NCBI GenBank assembly: GCA_964016885.1
Contig: OZ024751.1
Location: 33,232,001-33,296,000, forward strand
Reading direction: 5' to 3'
DNA length: 64,000 bases
Origin: Eledone cirrhosa
Lineage: Eukaryota
Shown: positions 56,625 through 64,000 of the stretch, one piece after another
Numbering within the stretch: position 1 is the stretch's first letter
How the letters are laid out: each line of letters opens with the position of its first letter
Notes under the pieces: generated by a model
Databases searched by the model: none
What the model saw: the letters and a program-made list of their open reading frames with translations, nothing else
What the model was told of the DNA's origin: nothing
Made by a program: the position numbers and the translations under genes

Positions 56625-59452
56625 CTGTGCAAATGACAGGTCATGGGCTGTTGAGTCTTCAGTTGTGAGCCAGATACCATAAATCTGTTTTATGCTTTCT
56701 TACACAGAGATAAAATATTTTATAAAAGAGTAAAAATACACCCCCTCCATAAAGGATTTCAAAAATTGCATTGCTTAACTCATAGATATTGAAGCAGCCT
56801 CCTTTATTGAGCAGCTTTGCCATGAAGAAGATATTACGAATTCTTATAAATTAACATTGAAATAATCCTACGAACTATGCAATTTTTCATGTTATCTAAT
56901 ACCTAACTTAGATATTTCAATATCCGGACGCCGATGTAAATTGCTTCTGAAATAGAGCTTCATGGCATATTTGGTAGGAAAAAAATTCTATTTCTAGTGA
57001 AAATATTTGTTTTCTCTTCCAAATCAATAATACAATATTCCATATTTGAAGAGCATTTGATCCAAGTTGTCTGGTTGAACAGAGAAAATGGTACAGCTTA
57101 TGGTAGTATGATATTCAATTCCTTTAACCTGTTGCTTCATTGATCAAGGAGCAAGAGAAAAAAAAATTATTTTAATTGAATATTTATAGTGAGATTGAAT
57201 CGATTTCTGATCATACTTAGATTGTTTCTTATCGAAAGGGTTAAATTTCTCAAGGATTCCATAGAGAAATTGGTATGGTCATGTATTTAAACAGTTGATA
57301 GCTCTATTTCGAAACAAATAGAAGAGCTAATTTAATATTTATTACCAACCTATACAGAAAGAAAAGTAGGCTTAAATATTTCACGTTTCTAGACATGTTG
57401 CAATATCATGCGGAAAATACTTGTCATAGACAGGAAACTTCAGAAATAGTTTCTTTCTGAAAGAAGAATCCTTCTAGTATAGGAAGAGAAGACTTGTAGC
57501 TGGTTGATAAAATAACGTTTATAACTACTTGCTTAAAAGTTCGTATCCTGCACTGTTTTCAAGACTAAGATACTTAAAATTTATTTGCTCAATCTACATA
57601 ACTGTAAATATGTTGAATGCGGTAAAGACAGCAGGAATTAAGGGGAGAGCATCTAAGTGGTATCTACTCCTACTACATTAATAAATTCAGCCGTTTCGAA
57701 TCATTGTTGGATCAAGTTGTATCTTGTTACAAGCTTATCTCTGTTAGTTGTAGGTCAGTCAACCTACCCTCACTCTTCATCAGTGGATTGGACAGTGTGA
57801 TTGTACGGTCAGGCAATTAAACCCGTCGATTCGTACCTAATATGGGAAAGAAAAGGAGCCTATTGACAGATCAAAAAAAACAATGTTACCATTGGTATTT
57901 CCATTGTTGATACTATATGCCAGTCACAACTTTTGGCAGAAAAAGCAGCGTGAAATAAAGTAATTTGCTCAAGACCCCAAGGCTTAAGGAGTCGAACCAA
58001 GGAACTTATTATCAAAATGTTAACACCCTATACATTACGTTAATATATTAAGAGGAAATTTACTTTGTTCTGTTTTTATTTCGTTGTTCAACATTATGTA
58101 TTTGACTCAGTAGTTTGATTATTCAGCGACGTGGGGAGGGGGCATCACTCTCCTCACGTCGCCATTATACTGAAGTTGGTGGCGCTCTCCAACAATTGAA
58201 TATTCATATCAGCATTACATGCAGTTCTAAGACTGTTATAAATCCTGCCCTGACTCAGCAGAATACACATTTATATGTGTATATATGTATATTATATTGA
58301 GAAAATAACTATTTTTAATATAGATCAACGTCTGAACGTTAGATATATTTGTGGAGATAAATGAATATTTCCTCTTGATTGATATTTTCTTGTTGACCTC
58401 GGAAATATGGATAGAAAAAAACTTTGGCGAGTCTTGTGTCTAGAAAGTAAAATGACGTAAGGAGTTATTTTGCCCGTCAAAGAAAACAAAAAAAAAAGGT
58501 GCTTAACTGAAAAATATTCAAATTTCCCCATGTATTTTTTCAGGGGGGTCGGGCGCTGTGCGGGTGTGTAATCAAGTAACCGATACACTCGTATATTACC
58601 AGCAATTATTTTATTGGCTATGAACACAAAACAAAAATTTAACATTTCTTGGCCCGGAACGTAGAACATGACTATGAAATCTTATGCTGTTAAATATTTT
58701 AGTCCTAACACGTTCTAGCAGGTCTATTACTTCACCACTGAAAATGATTCTATCATGAATTCTGCCCATAACTACTGCGAATATGTCAACACCTTTGTTT
58801 CTAAACATAATAAAAGCTGAAAATGTTACGTGTTTTTCTTTTAACACATATTTACCAAGGAACAGCATCGAATAATACACAGAGAAATAATATGAAAGAA
58901 GAAAAAATAAATTTCTTCAAAGAAGCAAAGGTTTGGTGGGGACCAGAGAAAAGAAAGCCAGTTAATCGTTTTAACATCGAGAAAGTTAAATGAACTGTCA
59001 GCACCCATATCGTGAAATTAGAAACATTGTCTAAAATATTTGGCAAAGATGAATGCGACGATTGAGACCGTAGAGTTTCTGTTGCAACTATACATCACAC
59101 GTGAATCTGTGAACCACGATGCTATGCTCTCTGTATATATGTATATATAGGTAATATAGGCCCGAGCATAGCTTTGTAGTCCACAAATTGACGTGTATTC
59201 TATAGTTTTATATACATAGAGATTAATGGTAACCGAAACTATACACTTTACGTATATTTTGCATGTAAACAGGTAAAATATACGTATTCCACTGTAACTA
59301 CATGATAAACACCTTTTAATCATATTTCGAACCAGAAGAGATATATATAATCCAAACAACCACAAGAAAATGTTTTGTTTTCCCTTTTCCCATCCACCGA
59401 TTATTGACTATATATATAAGAAGTATAAGTCTACATGGTAAAGTTAGCTTCC

Positions 59453-59520
59453 TTTATTCACATTCGCTGCTATATACATCTCAGTGATAGCCATTATTAG
59501 CTGTGACCTCATCAGGCAGT
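59453..59520 (-). ncRNA. Minimal hammerhead ribozyme motif, one core substitution (GAGA for GAAA)
   Basis: Minus strand: ctgc-CTGATGA-ggtcacagct..ggctatcact (8 of 10 paired)-GAGA-tgtata-TA-gcag...AATAAA. The insert lies between TA tracts. Confidence 0.55.
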
Positions 59521-59530
59521 AATATATATA

Positions 59531-59570
<40 letters not shown>

Positions 59571-59677
59571 TAAAAGGAAAAGAAAATGCTGGCAAATTGT
59601 TCCCAGTAAAAAATAGATAATTAGGAATAAGCAAAAATTAGTAATAGTATTGGTTAGTATTCAGTTTTGGTTTTAAG

Positions 59678-59713
59678 TTTTACCGGTTGCGCATTTCTAA
59701 TGCTTTTCAAATA
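59678..59713 (-). other. Degenerate hammerhead-like motif
   Basis: Minus strand: TTGAAAA-gcatt-aga-aatgc-GCAAC-CG-GTA. The layout is the same as at 63580-63629. Confidence 0.4.
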
Positions 59714-60053
59714 TAATTTTGAGATAGAGCGCCCGTGATGTTTGCTCTAATCTGATTAGTTTGGGAAATTCTACCTGTTTTATGTAAAAAAAGTGGCTCC
59801 AGATGTATGAAAAAATTCTTGTGGTCAAAACAATTTTGATTGGTCGGTAGAGGTCATGTGAATGTTAAAAATTGTTCTTGCGCCAAATGTAGGTTTGTCT
59901 CGGCTGATTGAGAAGTCACTGAAAAATAAGTCTTTCAACACAAATGTGTGTGTGTGTGTGTAGCAGTAGTAAAGAGGTTCGTTGTTGTGATAATGGTCAG
60001 CAGGGATGTGTGTGCGAACCGCAGCCTGCTGACAGTTCAAATGCCTATTAAGA

Positions 60054-60112
<59 letters not shown>

Positions 60113-60217
60113 CAGAGTAATTCGTGATAGAGGGATGGTCAGTAGGAATGTGTCTGTACGTGTGTGGGGGATAGTTTAACATGTTAAAATATATTTTTCA
60201 GCTCTTATCTTATACGG

Positions 60218-60280
<63 letters not shown>

Positions 60281-60485
60281 CGCGCGCCAACCAGTATTTT
60301 TGTGATACTGGTAAAAATGGTGTACATTATTCGATATTTTCAGTAAAAACGATTCTCTCAATAGAACATCAAAAACCTTAATAATAAATATATATATATA
60401 TATATATGAGAGAGAGATAATAATCAGTTTCTGTGTATTTTCTTTTTTTTTTTTTTACTTAAAAAAATAGTGAAATAATGGTTAT

Positions 60486-60556
60486 CAGTACACGTGGGAT
60501 TCGAGCCCACAGCTCGTATTTTTGCAATAAGTATGCTAACCGATTACACAAAACTG
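60486..60556 (-). pseudogene. tRNA-like degenerate sequence (pseudo-tRNA or SINE head)
   Basis: Minus strand has a T-arm gtggg-ctcgaat-cccac, a D-loop-like gtgtaatcggttagc and a partial acceptor pair cagt/actg. The anticodon stem pairs poorly. Confidence 0.45.
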
Positions 60557-60829
60557 GGTGTGCGTGTACATGTGTGGCTTTTGGATTTTCAGAAACCATA
60601 TCCAAATCGTTCAGCCTATGGCATCGGTTATATTAATTACTTTAGTGAAGGATTCTCAATTTTGTCTTCGTTTAACACCTTGGGGGAATATATCACCTCA
60701 AACTCTTCAGTACAAACTGCTAATGTTAGTTTTATATAGCATGTAACTGATACGAACAACAACCAGTAGGTTCCCTCTATATCTCTATTGTCATACACAC
60801 ACACACATGCTCACACATTCTCTCTCTAT

Positions 60830-60830
60830 C

Positions 60831-60864
<34 letters not shown>

Positions 60865-61295
60865 GTATTTGTATGTGTATGTATGTATGTATATGTGTAT
60901 GTATGTGTATATGTATGTATGTGTGTATGTGTGTGTGTATGTATGTGTGTATGTATGTATGTATGTGTGTATATATGTATGTATGTGTGTATATATGTGT
61001 GTGTGTGTATGTATATATATGTATATATATGTATGTATGTGTATATATATGTATGTATGTGTATATATATGTATGTATGTGTATATATATGTATGTATGT
61101 GTATGTATGTATGTATGTATGTGTGTATGTATGTATGTATGTATGTGTGTATATGTATGTGTGTATATGTGTGTGTATATGTGTGTGTATATGTATGTGT
61201 GTATATATGTATATCTATGTATGTATGTGTGAATATCTGTGTGTATGTAATGTATGTATATATATATATATATTATATGTGTGTGTGTATACATA
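60830..61295. repeat. Mixed (TATG)n/(TG)n/(TA)n tract
   Basis: Visible in sequence. Confidence 0.95.
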
Positions 61296-62027
61296 TACCT
61301 CTATCTCTCCCGTGCACTCTTGTTTAGTTTATTCTTCGAAACATTTCAGTTTATTTAACCAAATACTGTAATTCAATGAAACGAATGTGTGTCTGTTAAA
61401 TAATTTTCTTCAAAGAATTATTCGTTTTCTCAGTCTGCCTGCAATATGACTCTATTTAATTTCCAGGTGTATAGAATTACATGAACTCGATTCATTTGCC
61501 GCTGATCAGAGATGTTAAACTGGTATCTGTTATATTTTCTGGAGTTCGTGATAATATTGATTTTTTTTTTTTTTTTTTTTTTTTTTTCTCTTCTTCTATT
61601 CCCTGAACGCTATAGAACAATATTTGTACAATGGGAAAGTTTATTACTGGTATGTCATTCATCCTATTGGGATATAAGTGAAGTCAACCCAAGTACGTAA
61701 GGTTTGTGATAATATTGTTCTTTTCATTGGGTAGGGGATCTGCTCCACTTAAGGAGGAATGTATGAGCATGATGTGTTAATACTGTTCACAAAAGATTCA
61801 TAGATTTGAAACATGAATTTGACCTGTGGAAATGTTCTTCTAGCTCATGAAGAGGCGAAACATCTTCAATTTACTCGACTAACACATTTAACCAAGAATT
61901 CCTTGATAGACTGGGGCGGGAATATTTTTTTGTGAATGTCCTTAGGTCACAGGACTGCTTCATCAGGGATGACCACCACCACCAACAACAACAGCAGCAG
62001 CATTGACACTCTACGTCCTCACTTATA

Positions 62028-62300
62028 TTCTTCTTTTTCTTTTACTTCTTGCCCATTTATTCCGGGGTGTGCCGTGGGGGCAGAGTTCTGAAGCGTGTCC
62101 TGTCGAAAGCATCTTATTCTATTTAATTCCACTGGATCTCCAAGTGGGACCAGCTGATTTCCTGGATGATAGCTAACCATCTTGTTCGATGTCTACCCCT
62201 TTTTCACCAGTTGACTGGTTTTGCCCGTAAAATCTGTCCAGCGATTCTTTCCATAGACATTCTGACCTAATGTCTGTAGTTACTAAAATGAATTTTAGTG
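62028..62300 (-). pseudogene. RTE-clade LINE 3' end (C-terminal ORF remnant)
   Basis: Minus strand H*VRMSMERIAGQILRAKP...(frameshift) GRHRTRWLAIIQE resembles RTE GHV.RM..ER.AK.VL...P.GKR.RGRPR.RW.D.I. An AAG-rich tail lies at ~62028-62050. Confidence 0.7.
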
Positions 62301-63340
62301 GCTAAATGGTCATTTGTTCCTATTCAATAACAGACGCTATGGCTTAGCATGGTCTTGTGTTTTAAGTGAATACATCTTACATTAATATATTGAATAGAAT
62401 CACTAAATGATAACATAGAACAACTAGAAAAACAAAAGAAGGAACCAAATAGATTAACAAGCAAAATAAAAACAACCACACAATTCTAAAACTACAACAC
62501 TCGCTGTTAAAATGTACTTCCATATAAAAAAATGTACTAATATTTGTAAAAAAAAAATACCAACATATATAAATATTTCCGCTATTTTATCGATTGTGTT
62601 ACTACTGCTGTTATTGCTGCTGTTACTGTTGCTTCTGTTATTGTTACTGCTGCTATTGATAATGATGTTGCTGATGTGAATTTACTTAGAATGAGTTATT
62701 GTTTTAACTGTATATACTTTCAGTGAACGCAAAAATGATCTCGACAGCTAGGCGCCAATTACTGGCAAATTTAAAGACTGTTTTGTTTTGGTAAAGAATA
62801 TTTCAACTGCGGAGTCCATTTAGTCGCAGCGCTTAAGCATCAAAGGTTTATGGCATTCAGAAACAATATAGCAATTTAGTGTATGTTCAAAAACACTCAC
62901 AGATGTCCACACGCAGACACACATAAACACACACACTCACATTCACACATATCCATACGCACAAACACACATACACACACAAACACGCACATAAAATAAA
63001 TAGACTTAAAAATGAATTAAAGCAGGTTTGAAAAAATAGAGATTCTCTGCAACGTAGATGCTAGCAAGCATGTCAGACTGTGAGATATGAAGATAGATTA
63101 TTAGGTAAAAATGATTGGTGATTAAACTAATTTAATTAAAGAAACAGACGATTGATGTCTCGTCTTTTATAGTGGAAATATAATTTATCGGAAAAATGAG
63201 AGCAAGACTGCAGTGTTCAATGGTATCAATAGCAATCTCCAATATCAGTATTCATGTTCGAATCTGTGAAATCGTATCTCTGTGCTGTCTGCTTGAGGAG
63301 ACATACAAAGAATACTGTGTGGGGTTGTTTGTATGTGGCG

Positions 63341-63381
<41 letters not shown>

Positions 63382-63465
63382 ATATATATACATACATAAA
63401 AAAAATATATAAATATATATACATACACATACATATAGGTGTATACAGACACGTTTCCAAACATT

Positions 63466-63540
<75 letters not shown>

Positions 63541-63544
<4 letters not shown>

Positions 63545-63728
63545 GTGAGAAAAACCACAGACCCTCCATCTCAACTCTACTTTTGAAAAAAGCAGAAGAA
63601 CTGCGAAACCGGTAAAGGAACCAAATAAATATATATTTTCGATTTCATCTTTTTTTCTTTATACTTTCACTCGTGTAGGACACTTCCGTTATTTTTCATT
63701 TTGTAAAAATAGCTTACTTTCTAATAAA

Positions 63729-63730
<2 letters not shown>
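63541..63730 (+). mobile_element. Microsatellite-flanked insert with degenerate hammerhead motif
   Basis: ctt-TTGAAAA-aa-gcag-aagaa-ctgc-GAAAC-CG-GTA-aag...AATAAA (63580-63629). Confidence 0.5.
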
Positions 63731-63763
<33 letters not shown>

Positions 63764-63874
63764 AAATATATATACATATATACATAAAAAATATATATAT
63801 AAATATATATACATACATATACATATAGGTGTATACAGACACGTTCCCAAACATTACACACACATATATATATA

Positions 63875-63960
63875 TAGGGTGTCCCCCAAAAATATATACA
63901 CACACTTCAACAGCATTCTAATGAATATTGCCTGTAATCAAAGTGTGTATACATTTTTGG
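63875..63960. mobile_element. Tc1/mariner-like MITE remnant related to 54098-54166
   Basis: tagggtgtcccccaaaaatatatacacacactt ... aagtgtgtatacatttttgg, following a TA tract. Confidence 0.6.
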
Positions 63961-64000
63961 TATGTAGTGGGTTACAGAGAGTGGGAGAGAATTTGGTGGT

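Noticed and set aside
57225-57245. gaaagggTTAA piggyBac-like end
   Set aside because: I found no matching left terminus.
60486-60556. Functional tRNA gene
   Set aside because: Acceptor and anticodon stems pair poorly and the T-loop starts CTC. Kept only as a pseudo-tRNA.

Overview
This is an AT-rich, repeat-dense animal intergenic or intronic window with no intact protein-coding gene. Almost every long ORF in the supplied track is a translation artefact of (TA)n, (CA)n or (GA)n microsatellites. The dispersed repeat families resemble those I associate with octopus/coleoid cephalopod genomes; this is an inference, not a database result. The window holds: (1) many tRNA-derived SINE copies, six with clear target-site duplications (TSDs), plus a second ~200-bp dispersed family; (2) decayed retroelement coding fragments (Penelope-like RT, CRE-clade RT, two RTE-clade 3' ends, a probable L1/Tx1-like ORF1/endonuclease); (3) small MITEs (piggyBac-like with TTAA TSD, one with a 6-bp TSD, Tc1/mariner-like); and (4) four minisatellites. 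The most notable pattern is about ten short, mutually dissimilar inserts in or beside (TA)n tracts. They carry minimal hammerhead-ribozyme motifs, usually followed by AATAAA, and several are folded into long inverted repeats, including a perfect 169-bp-arm palindrome. This fits Penelope-like pseudo-LTR remnants. Two speculative minus-strand exon-like segments at 54.6-56.6 kb are flagged at low confidence.
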